DNA of 27,640 bases from the NCBI GenBank assembly GCA_037137755.1, contig JBAXJR010000031.1:1-27640 (forward strand), written 5' to 3'. Numbering within the stretch: position 1 is the first letter of the stretch; every line of letters begins with the position of its first letter. The notes beneath the pieces were generated by a model. It was given only the letters and a program-made list of their open reading frames with translations. It was not told where the DNA came from and made no database searches. A program made the position numbers and the translations under genes. The DNA is from Methanomicrobiales archaeon. Its GTDB lineage: Archaea; Halobacteriota; Methanomicrobia; Methanomicrobiales; Methanospirillaceae. This document shows, in pieces, positions 8,853 to 16,846 of the stretch.

Positions 8853-9509
8853 CTAAAGGACCCTGACAATCCTTCCTTCAATTTTCAGGCGGTTTTCGCA
8901 GAAAAGTTTTACCGCGTAAGGGTAACACCGGTGTTCTTCATGCAGGATCCGTTCGGACAGGCTGTTTTCATCATCATCCGGGAGGACCGGCACGCATTTC
9001 TGAAGGATGATCGGTCCTGAGTCCATCATCTCATCAACGAAATGGACCGTGCAGCCTGCCACTTTCACACCGTACCCGATTGCCTGACGTTGTGCATGGA
9101 GCCCGGGAAACGAGGGCAGGAGCGCCGGATGAATATTCATAATTCTTCCATGAAATGACCGGACAATGTCTTTACCAAGGATTCGCATGTAACCGGCAAG
9201 CACCACGAGGTCAGGGCTGCATTCTTTCATCGCAAAGAGCAGGGCTTTTTCATAAGTCTCTTTCGATGGAAATGACCTGTAATCGACCACCGTTACCGGC
9301 ACCCCGGAGAATTTCGCTCGTTCAGTTGCATAGCAACCGGGGACATCCGAGATCAGGCGGACACAGGTACCCTGAATAAGGCCTTCTGAAAGCGGATCAA
9401 GAATTGCCTGGAAATTAGACCCCCTGCCTGAAGCAAGCACGATGATCCGTTTCTTCCCGTCCCCGAAATCCTCATCCTTCAGGGGGCTCGGGACCAAGGC
9501 CCTTTTCAT
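8853..9509 (-). CDS. purN: Phosphoribosylglycinamide formyltransferase
   Basis: ASGRGSNFQA, LAGYMRIL, NIHPALLPSFPG, GCTVHFV and DSGPII motifs; ATGA overlap with the upstream gene. Confidence 0.96.
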   Translation of the reverse strand: MKRALVPSPLKDEDFGDGKKRIIVLASGRGSNFQAILDPLSEGLIQGTCVRLISDVPGCYATERAKFSGVPVTVVDYRSFPSKETYEKALLFAMKECSPDLVVLAGYMRILGKDIVRSFHGRIMNIHPALLPSFPGLHAQRQAIGYGVKVAGCTVHFVDEMMDSGPIILQKCVPVLPDDDENSLSERILHEEHRCYPYAVKLFCENRLKIEGRIVRVL

Positions 9510-10774
9510 ACGGTGTTTTCACCTCCGGTTTCAGGCTTCATGATAATTTTCACTTTGACAACCCGTCGCCCCCTCATCTGTACCACCACCAGCGTAGCAT
9601 TTGCCTCCTGAATAGTGGCACTCTCTCCGGGGTGAGGGATATGACCGAGACGATCGATTAAAAGGCCACCGATTGTCTCATATGACTCGTGGACAGGGAG
9701 ATTAATATCCAGTTCGTCGTCAAGGTCCTCTACCCAGACCTGGGCATCGACAATATAAACGCCGTCCCCCACTTTCTGGATATCCGGCTCCTCCTGGTCA
9801 AATTCGTCAAGGATATCCCCTACCAGTTCCTCCAGGATATCCTCTACGGTGACGATTCCTGCAAAACTGCTGTATTCGTCAAGGACTATCGCCATCTGTA
9901 CTTTCCTGACCTGCAGTTCCTTCAGAAGATCATCGATCTTTTTTGTTTCAGGAATAAAATACGGGTCATACATGATCTCATTGATCGAGGTCTTCTTTTT
10001 CCCGGACAGGAGGACCGAGAACACGTCTTTTACATTTAGTACACCGATGATATTCTCAACCGAATCATGGTACACGGGGATCCGCGAGAACCCGGTCTCG
10101 TTGAATAGTTTCAATGCAGAATCAACCGTATTGGTATCTTCCATCATCGCAACATCAATCCGGGGTGTCATGATTTCACGGGCGGTGGTATCCCCGAACT
10201 CGAGGACAGAATAGAGCATCTCTTTCTCCTCTTCCTCGATACTCCCCCCTTCCTGGCCGACATCGATCCACTCCTTGATCTCCTCTTCGGTCACTACCGG
10301 GACTGACAGGCCTTTTGACCGGTGAGACTGGCTTACCCTGTCAACAATCCAGATAACCGGGGTAAGCACTTTTGAGAATAGGAGAATAACGGGGGCAACA
10401 GAGAGTGCAAAATTCTCATTTGCCCTTGTTGCATAGAGCCTGGGACCAATTTCACCGAATATCAGAAGTACAAGGAAGACTCCCCCGATCGCAATCCAGA
10501 TACCGGGGCCCCCGAAAAATTCCATCGCCATCGCCGTAGCAATGGCTACAGCACCGATATTGGCGATACTATTTCCTATAAGGATCGTGATCAGGATATG
10601 ATCGGGATGCTCTTTGAGCTGCGCAAGTGCTTCTGCTCCTTTACGCCCTTCATTGATGAGCGTCCGTACCTTAACCCGGTTTATTGCTATCAGCGCAACT
10701 TCGGACCCTGAAAAAAAAGCCGAAAAACCGAGACAGATTACAAAAAGGGCGATATAAAGATAATAATCGATCAT
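9506..10774 (-). CDS. CorB/CNNM (HlyC/CorC family) Mg2+ transporter
   Basis: DUF21 transmembrane domain (FFSGSEVA, TILIGN, FGEIGP), a CBS pair (MTPRIDV, GFSRIPV, DEY..GIVTVEDILEELVGDI) and a C-terminal CorC domain. Confidence 0.93.
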   Translation of the reverse strand: MIDYYLYIALFVICLGFSAFFSGSEVALIAINRVKVRTLINEGRKGAEALAQLKEHPDHILITILIGNSIANIGAVAIATAMAMEFFGGPGIWIAIGGVFLVLLIFGEIGPRLYATRANENFALSVAPVILLFSKVLTPVIWIVDRVSQSHRSKGLSVPVVTEEEIKEWIDVGQEGGSIEEEEKEMLYSVLEFGDTTAREIMTPRIDVAMMEDTNTVDSALKLFNETGFSRIPVYHDSVENIIGVLNVKDVFSVLLSGKKKTSINEIMYDPYFIPETKKIDDLLKELQVRKVQMAIVLDEYSSFAGIVTVEDILEELVGDILDEFDQEEPDIQKVGDGVYIVDAQVWVEDLDDELDINLPVHESYETIGGLLIDRLGHIPHPGESATIQEANATLVVVQMRGRRVVKVKIIMKPETGGENTV

Positions 10775-10883
10775 CGGTCCCTCGCCGCTGGACTATAGTG
10801 GATAAGTTCCTTCATACGTAACGAAACACATCATAATCGCAGTCCGGTTAAATAAACCCAGCGATTATCGAAGACAATGCCTG

Positions 10884-11705
10884 TCAGAGTATGCATTCCT
10901 TCATGTAGGCAAGCTCGCGCATCAGCAGGTGGCACTTCTCTTCTGAAGAGTACTCATGATCGAAATTCCGGTCTTCAATCTCGAGAGTCAGGTTACCCCG
11001 GTAACCATAGTCCCTGAGTGCATGAAGCACGGTCTCAATCTCCGGGCTGCCTTCAACAGGTAAATGCATCGACTGCCCGTCTGAACGCGAGAGGTGAATA
11101 TTGACAAGGCGGTCATGACAGAGGTCAATATACCGGATCACTTCATCGGGAGATACCCCCATTGCATGGGACACATCAAGGGTGAAAAACAGCCATGGTT
11201 CTTTATCCAGGAGCTTACGGACTCCGTCCGGGGTGCAAAGGAGCGAGTTTACCTTCAGTTCCATATTCTCTATTGCAACCCTGACAGCACTGCCTCGTGA
11301 CGCACATCGCATCATGTCAATCAAATGATCAAACCGCTCAAAGTCTGCAGCGCTCGGGACCCTTTTTGCAGTCCTTCGCCCGGGGTGAAAGGTAAATACG
11401 GCTGCATTGATAGCTTCAGCCAGCCGGAAAGAATCAATTGCATGGTCTAATGACAGCCTGGCAACACCCGGGTTGATGGAGCAGGGGTTTAAGTCGAGGA
11501 TCGGGGTATGGACAGTATTATGTGATAGTCCGGGGTGATTGCGGAGACCTGCATGTAATTCCTGCATAGGTTGATCACGGACCCAGAAGTCCGGCGTTTC
11601 AGGCCAGAACTCAACCGCATCAAGACCGGTTTCACCGATGAAATCAAAGATCTTGTCAATCGGGTATTCATGGAAAAACATGCTTGAAACCGAGAAATGA
11701 ACCAT
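10884..11705 (-). CDS. Sugar phosphate isomerase/epimerase (AP endonuclease 2-like TIM barrel)
   Basis: TFHPG, IENM, LDVSH, IHLS, MHLP and LEI metal-ligand pattern. Start trimmed to MVHFSVSS (ATG 11705). Confidence 0.85.
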   Translation of the reverse strand: MVHFSVSSMFFHEYPIDKIFDFIGETGLDAVEFWPETPDFWVRDQPMQELHAGLRNHPGLSHNTVHTPILDLNPCSINPGVARLSLDHAIDSFRLAEAINAAVFTFHPGRRTAKRVPSAADFERFDHLIDMMRCASRGSAVRVAIENMELKVNSLLCTPDGVRKLLDKEPWLFFTLDVSHAMGVSPDEVIRYIDLCHDRLVNIHLSRSDGQSMHLPVEGSPEIETVLHALRDYGYRGNLTLEIEDRNFDHEYSSEEKCHLLMRELAYMKECIL

Positions 11706-11745
11706 GATCGTAGTTAATATCCACACAGGCAATAATATCTCTGCT

Positions 11746-12999
11746 ATGAATTCCGGGCAGGGTACACTCGATATGTGGAAGGCCCAGGAAGATTCTCCTG
11801 TATTACGGGTATCCGAGCTCGCGGTGATCATTAAAGAGCTGTTCCTGGACGAACGCCTGCAGGATGTCTTCGTCGAGGGGGAAGTAACGAATTATAAGCA
11901 CCATTCGCGGGGAAACCGTTATTTCTCGCTTTCAGAAGAGGACGGCAGAGAAAGTGCCGTCATAAAATGCATGATGTGGAGCTCAGATGCAGCAAAACTC
12001 CCGTTTGTCCCGGAAGATGGCATGCGTGTGATAGCAAGAGGCAGGATCGATTTCTATCCACCGGGAGGGAACTGCCAGCTCTATGTGAAAAGTATGCGTC
12101 TGGCAGGGGCAGGTGAGAAATACCTGATGGTGGAGCGTTGGAAGCAGGAACTTTCAAATGAAGGCTGTTTTGATCCCGAACGAAAACAACCACTACCCCC
12201 CTACCCATCGGTAATCGGTGTGGTCACTTCGGGAACAGGGGCGGTTTTACAGGATATTAAAAATGTGATTGGCCGCCGTTACCCGCTCAAGATAATCCTT
12301 TCACCCACTGCGGTGCAGGGAGAAGGGGCGCACCTCGAGATAGCAGCGGCAATACGGAAGATTGATGGAAAAGTGGACGTGATAATTGTCGCCCGCGGAG
12401 GGGGCAGCTTTGAAGACCTCTTCCCCTTCAATCATCCCGAGGTGGTACATGCGATTGCCGCCTGCATCACCCCGGTGGTAAGCGCTGTAGGGCATGAAGT
12501 GGACACGACGCTGGCAGATTACGCAGCGGACGCCCGCGCCCCGACCCCGTCGGCAGCTGCGGAGATGGCGGTACCAGACCGCACTGCGCTGTTAACCGCA
12601 CTCAGAGAGTACCGATGTGCCATGGGAGATGCCCTCGGCAACCAGCTCGAGAGGGCGTTCGATGAACTCGCAACGCTCCGGGAAAGGATCCACCCGAAAA
12701 AACTGGGTTACCGCATAATTGAGCGGCGGCAGAACCTCGACGATATGGCAGACAGGGTCCTTCTCGCAACAAGGGGGAAAATTACCGGAAGCCGCCTGCG
12801 CCTGAATGAGGTCCGTGCGGTGATTGAAGGGAAAAATCCGCTGAACATTCTTGGCAGGGGCTATTGTGTAGTGGAAAAGACGGGAAAAGTCGTCCGTTCT
12901 GTCCGGTCACTTACACCAGGGGATAACCTGGTACTCCGCCTTAGTGACGGGAAGAGCGGGGTGCAGGTCAGGGAGGTATCGTATGACAAAGAAATTTGA
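11746..12999 (+). CDS. xseA: Exodeoxyribonuclease VII large subunit
   Basis: OB fold (VEGEVTNY...YFSL), IGVVTSGTGAVLQD, ARGGGSFEDL, SAVGHEVD, RAPTPSAAAE and NPLNILGRGY motifs. Start at 11746 or 11773. Confidence 0.96.
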   Translation: MNSGQGTLDMWKAQEDSPVLRVSELAVIIKELFLDERLQDVFVEGEVTNYKHHSRGNRYFSLSEEDGRESAVIKCMMWSSDAAKLPFVPEDGMRVIARGRIDFYPPGGNCQLYVKSMRLAGAGEKYLMVERWKQELSNEGCFDPERKQPLPPYPSVIGVVTSGTGAVLQDIKNVIGRRYPLKIILSPTAVQGEGAHLEIAAAIRKIDGKVDVIIVARGGGSFEDLFPFNHPEVVHAIAACITPVVSAVGHEVDTTLADYAADARAPTPSAAAEMAVPDRTALLTALREYRCAMGDALGNQLERAFDELATLRERIHPKKLGYRIIERRQNLDDMADRVLLATRGKITGSRLRLNEVRAVIEGKNPLNILGRGYCVVEKTGKVVRSVRSLTPGDNLVLRLSDGKSGVQVREVSYDKEI

Positions 13000-13171
13000 G
13001 GAATTGCTTGAGGAACTCCGGTTAGTCATGAGGAAAATTGAAGACCCGGAGACCGGACTGGACGAAAGTATCGAATTGTATGAAAAGGGGTCGGCCCTTA
13101 TACGCCAGTGTGAAGAAGTACTGACGAAAGCCGAACTGAAGATAACCGAACTCGGCGCAGATGAAATGTAA
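12983..13171 (+). CDS. xseB: Exodeoxyribonuclease VII small subunit
   Basis: FEELLEEL...LDESIELYEKG...CEEVLTKAELKI; GGAGGT SD at 12972-12977; overlaps the xseA end. Confidence 0.93.
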   Translation: MTKKFEELLEELRLVMRKIEDPETGLDESIELYEKGSALIRQCEEVLTKAELKITELGADEM

Positions 13172-13277
13172 GATTTTGGATGGAAAATGCCATTTTTAAG
13201 CTTGATATTTGTTATACACTGATTCGCCGACAACCGGGAGGCAGCAATGAACCCCTGGAAAGCAATCCCCGTTTAGT

Positions 13278-13706
13278 TTAGTCCGGGCATTCTGCTACCA
13301 TTTCAACCCTTATGATAGCACCGTCCTGCAGGTATGTGATCAATTCCCGGGGAAGTGTCCGGGCAACGAGGTCAGATCCGGTTGCAATAGTCCTTCCGCA
13401 GCAGAATGGGCTCCTTCTCCACACCAGATCAGTCGGGTGTTCGAGTGTTATCCCCTGCCCCCCGGCCGAGCTGACCTCGATACAGAGATCCCGGCATACC
13501 AGGCGTGTGGTGAGGTGAGCACCTTCCCTGGAAAGGACATCACGGAACTCCGGGGAAAGGGCTGCTGCGCCCTTATCTGCACCCACCGCAATAATGCAGT
13601 CACCATACACAGTGAGTTTTTCTTCGGTTGTTACCTCAAATGTCGTGGTATGGGTCCCACGGACAAGCGGGTGACCATGCGCGATGACCGTTTCTGTTGC
13701 CTTCAT
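13278..13706 (-). CDS. DUF371 family protein
   Basis: GHPLVRGTHTTTFEVT, GDCIIAVGADK and DLVWRRS motifs. Confidence 0.88.
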   Translation of the reverse strand: MKATETVIAHGHPLVRGTHTTTFEVTTEEKLTVYGDCIIAVGADKGAAALSPEFRDVLSREGAHLTTRLVCRDLCIEVSSAGGQGITLEHPTDLVWRRSPFCCGRTIATGSDLVARTLPRELITYLQDGAIIRVEMVAECPD

Positions 13707-13737
13707 CTTTAATAAAGAGCGCATCTATTCCTATTCA

Positions 13738-14313
13738 ATGTATATCGAACAACGCTGCCCGGCATGCGGAGAAGAGGATGACCAGGAGATCCTTTCCGAA
13801 TCCCATGACCTGCTCGTCCGCTGCACCCGCTGCGGCAATGTCTGGCACACACCGAAAATAAAAATGCCCGAGCCAATCTTTGTGAAAACAATCGTATCGA
13901 AAGAAGGGACCTCGCGTATCTGCAGGACCGAGTTCCTGCCTGACGACAAAGTTTCTGTGGGGGAGAGGTTTGTCGCCGAATGTGGAGAAGAGGTCTCAGG
14001 AGTACAGGTGGCATCCATTGAATCCGGTCCGCGGCGGGTGGAACATGCAACCGCATCCGAAATCACTACTCTCTGGACCCGGGAGATCGAGGAAGTTGTG
14101 GTCCGTATTTCGATCCATGAAGGCTGGAAAACTATCCCGGTCACCCTGACCTGTAACGGTGAAACACCATTCATTGTGGGAGAAGTCTACAAAGCTGAGG
14201 GGAGGACATTCAAAATTTCTCATATCAAAATCCGGGATGGGGCCGTTTTGAGAAAAGAAGGCTGGAAAACGGTAGCAAGCCGGATAAAACGGATTTATAC
14301 CTATCCTGCCTGA
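13738..14313 (+). CDS. Archaeal zinc-finger protein (HVO_0476-like)
   Basis: N-terminal CPACG...VRCTRCG followed by two similar beta-rich segments (V.TIVS.EG / V.ISIHEG). ATG at 13738. Confidence 0.8.
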   Translation: MYIEQRCPACGEEDDQEILSESHDLLVRCTRCGNVWHTPKIKMPEPIFVKTIVSKEGTSRICRTEFLPDDKVSVGERFVAECGEEVSGVQVASIESGPRRVEHATASEITTLWTREIEEVVVRISIHEGWKTIPVTLTCNGETPFIVGEVYKAEGRTFKISHIKIRDGAVLRKEGWKTVASRIKRIYTYPA

Positions 14314-14652
14314 CCAGTCACGACTCCCTGGAGCCGCATTACATCAATTTTATATTTTCCCTTGCATACCAAGGCACGTTTGAGAGTTTAACTCATCGAA
14401 ATGATACGCTTGCCACGCAACAGCTCATGAGACAGAGAGGGTTGGTTTTCCTCCATTCTATCTCCGTTTGGAATACCGTTGGATAGGCTCGCCTCACAAC
14501 GACTGATTGTTACCCTTGGATCACCAGTTTGCCACGGACCAACAGGAGATTACCATCGATAGCGGGAAGACCTGCGGGAACCTGATCGCTTCATTGACAG
14601 GGAAAAATTCCTGTACCGGATATGATACTATCACAAATACGATAAAAAAGGA

Positions 14653-15363
14653 TTACCGGGTTTTGAGACTGATAATCTGGACATCAATCGTTGAATACCC
14701 ATATTTCATATCCAGCCCTTCAGGACTGATTCCTTTTACATAAAACGTCCTCATGTACTGGTTAACCGGGGTGGTGTTATCAAGGTTAATCTGTGGGTTA
14801 TCCGTGAGTGCCAGCACGATCTGTTCGTTCACAGATGTTTCGTTTATAGGTTTTACAAGCATGGCGAACTGATCAGCACTCACCTGGGTTTCCAGGGGAT
14901 CTTTTGGCATTACCAGTGATATCCTCTTCTGTTCATTCACTTTCATCCCTGACAGGCCTGTTGCTATCAGGTTCATTTCGTCCCTGAATATCCCGAAATA
15001 GGTCTGGTATTGCTGGTATACAACAGGAATTCTTGTCACGTTTGTCATCGTGGTAACATTAACCGGGACCAGAAGTGGATTGGAATAGAAAATTGTTCCA
15101 CCTTTATTCAGGGTATCATTATAAAGTTTTGAATTCGTCGTGACAATAGGACGGTTCTGGTCATCATAAATTGTATAAGCTACCGTTGCCACATCACCCG
15201 ATTCTGTACCTTTCAGTGATGTGAGCCAGCTTATACCAAGCGAGGATACGATCATAAATACTGCGAAAAGGACACAGACAACGACGAGCACAATCTTTGT
15301 GGCGGTCCATGTTGAGGCCTTTTTGGTCTTTTCCTTGGATTTCTCCTTATTCTTTGGCTTCAT
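14653..15363 (-). CDS. Membrane-anchored, probably glycosylated protein with divergent FKBP-like fold
   Basis: Lys-rich N terminus plus one TM helix. GDVATVAYTI, GLSGMKVNEQKRISL and IDVQIISL resemble FKBP strands. Five N-x-T sequons. Confidence 0.7.
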   Translation of the reverse strand: MKPKNKEKSKEKTKKASTWTATKIVLVVVCVLFAVFMIVSSLGISWLTSLKGTESGDVATVAYTIYDDQNRPIVTTNSKLYNDTLNKGGTIFYSNPLLVPVNVTTMTNVTRIPVVYQQYQTYFGIFRDEMNLIATGLSGMKVNEQKRISLVMPKDPLETQVSADQFAMLVKPINETSVNEQIVLALTDNPQINLDNTTPVNQYMRTFYVKGISPEGLDMKYGYSTIDVQIISLKTR

Positions 15364-15428
15364 CCTTATTATATGAGCGATTCGTCAAGATAAACATTAC
15401 ATATCGCTTGTTGGGTCATGGAAATAAC

Positions 15429-15485
15429 TATATATGAATATCACTAACGAACGGATAACCTCTTCGGCGCCCCCGAAATAGAGGT
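15429..15485 (+). promoter_or_regulatory. hsp20 TATA box and 5' leader hairpin
   Basis: TATATAT at 15429-15435; hairpin ACCTCT-TCGG-CGCCC-CCGA-AAT-AGAGGT at 15458-15485. Confidence 0.55.
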
Positions 15486-15502
15486 ATAACGGGGAATGAA
15501 CA

Positions 15503-15976
15503 ATGGTACAACGTGGAATTTATCCAGTCGTATGGACTGACCGGGATATCGATGACCTGCGAAATGAACTCATAGGAAGGTTTGATCGGTTGATGACCCA
15601 CCCCCTGCTCCCGCCCGGGAACTTTGTGGAGAGAATTGTCCCGGGCCTCCTCGGGGAGTTGCGGGTGGATATCGCCGAACAGGAAGACGAAGTCATTGTT
15701 GTAGCAGACCTGCCGGGTGTGGAGAAAGAGGATGTAGAAATCTCCCTGGTCAACCCGCGTTCACTCGAAATCAGGTGCGAGCGAAAGCAGGACCTGGTTG
15801 AGAAAGAGGAGGGTTACTACCTGAGAGAAAGACTATCAGGTTCCTTCTCCCGCGTGATCTCTCTCCCCCATGAGGTAACCGAAGACGGGGCAGAAGCAAC
15901 GTTTCGAAACGGGGTGCTGGAGATCCATTTCAGGAAGTTAGTAATTGAACGCGGAGTAAAAATTAAAATTGACTGA
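15503..15976 (+). CDS. Hsp20/alpha-crystallin small heat shock protein
   Basis: VDIAE...ADLPGVEKEDVEI...RER..SFSRVISLP...ATFRNGVLEI. Confidence 0.95.
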   Translation: MVQRGIYPVVWTDRDIDDLRNELIGRFDRLMTHPLLPPGNFVERIVPGLLGELRVDIAEQEDEVIVVADLPGVEKEDVEISLVNPRSLEIRCERKQDLVEKEEGYYLRERLSGSFSRVISLPHEVTEDGAEATFRNGVLEIHFRKLVIERGVKIKID

Positions 15977-16031
15977 AAAAATTTCCTAATTTCCGATGAT
16001 TTCAAGTAATACTCCAACGTGATCTACTGTG

Positions 16032-16820
16032 ATGGACAAGAAAAAGGTCAGGGATTATATGACCTACGATGTGGTGACGGTCGATGTCCATGGCACGACA
16101 AAGGATGTCATCGAGAAGATCCAGAATACAGGGCATGACGGTTTTCCGGTTGTCGATGGAAGGGAGGTGGTAGGATATTTATCAGCACGAGACCTCCTTT
16201 TTGTCCCTTCCACAACCCCGATTGACAAGGTTATGTCCGATCACCTGATCGTTGCTGATCCCGAGATGAGCATCAACGATGCGGCGAGGGTAATCTTCCG
16301 CTCCGGTATCCAGAAACTCCCGGTTGTGGATGAGAAAAACATCCTGCTGGGTATCATTTCTAATACCGATGTTATCAGGAGCCAGATCGAGCATGTATCC
16401 CCTGAAAAAGTTTTTAATTTCATCGAGACCCTGAAGAAACTGCATGGGATCTCTCCCACCCTGAAACGTGAGACGGTGCAGATCGACCAGCTCCTTCCGA
16501 CCCAGTCCAAGATATATGAGGACGAGCTTGAAGGGAGGATGTACGAAATTAAAAAAGGTCTTGCAGAACCGCTTATCGTCGTCAGGCGCCCGGGGAGATT
16601 AATCCTCGTGGACGGGCACCACCGCGCGGTTGCCGCAAAAAGAATGGGGATTAAGGCGCTTGATGCCTACTTAATAGAGATCGATGATGATATCGAACTG
16701 GGAATGGAACGGACAGCAAGGGCAATGAACTTAAAGACGATCGACGATATAACAGTTCTTGACTATGCACGGCACCCGCTTGTTGCCATCACCCACCGTC
16801 TTGTACGGCGGGTTGAATAA
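16032..16820 (+). CDS. CBS-pair plus ParB/Sulfiredoxin-like domain protein
   Basis: CBS pair (GHDGFPVV, GIQKLPVV) followed by LLPTQ...EPLIVV...LVDGHHRAVAA. In-frame GTG at 16029 is an alternative start. Confidence 0.9.
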   Translation: MDKKKVRDYMTYDVVTVDVHGTTKDVIEKIQNTGHDGFPVVDGREVVGYLSARDLLFVPSTTPIDKVMSDHLIVADPEMSINDAARVIFRSGIQKLPVVDEKNILLGIISNTDVIRSQIEHVSPEKVFNFIETLKKLHGISPTLKRETVQIDQLLPTQSKIYEDELEGRMYEIKKGLAEPLIVVRRPGRLILVDGHHRAVAAKRMGIKALDAYLIEIDDDIELGMERTARAMNLKTIDDITVLDYARHPLVAITHRLVRRVE

Positions 16821-16846
16821 GACCTGATTTTTTTTAAATAAGGGCC

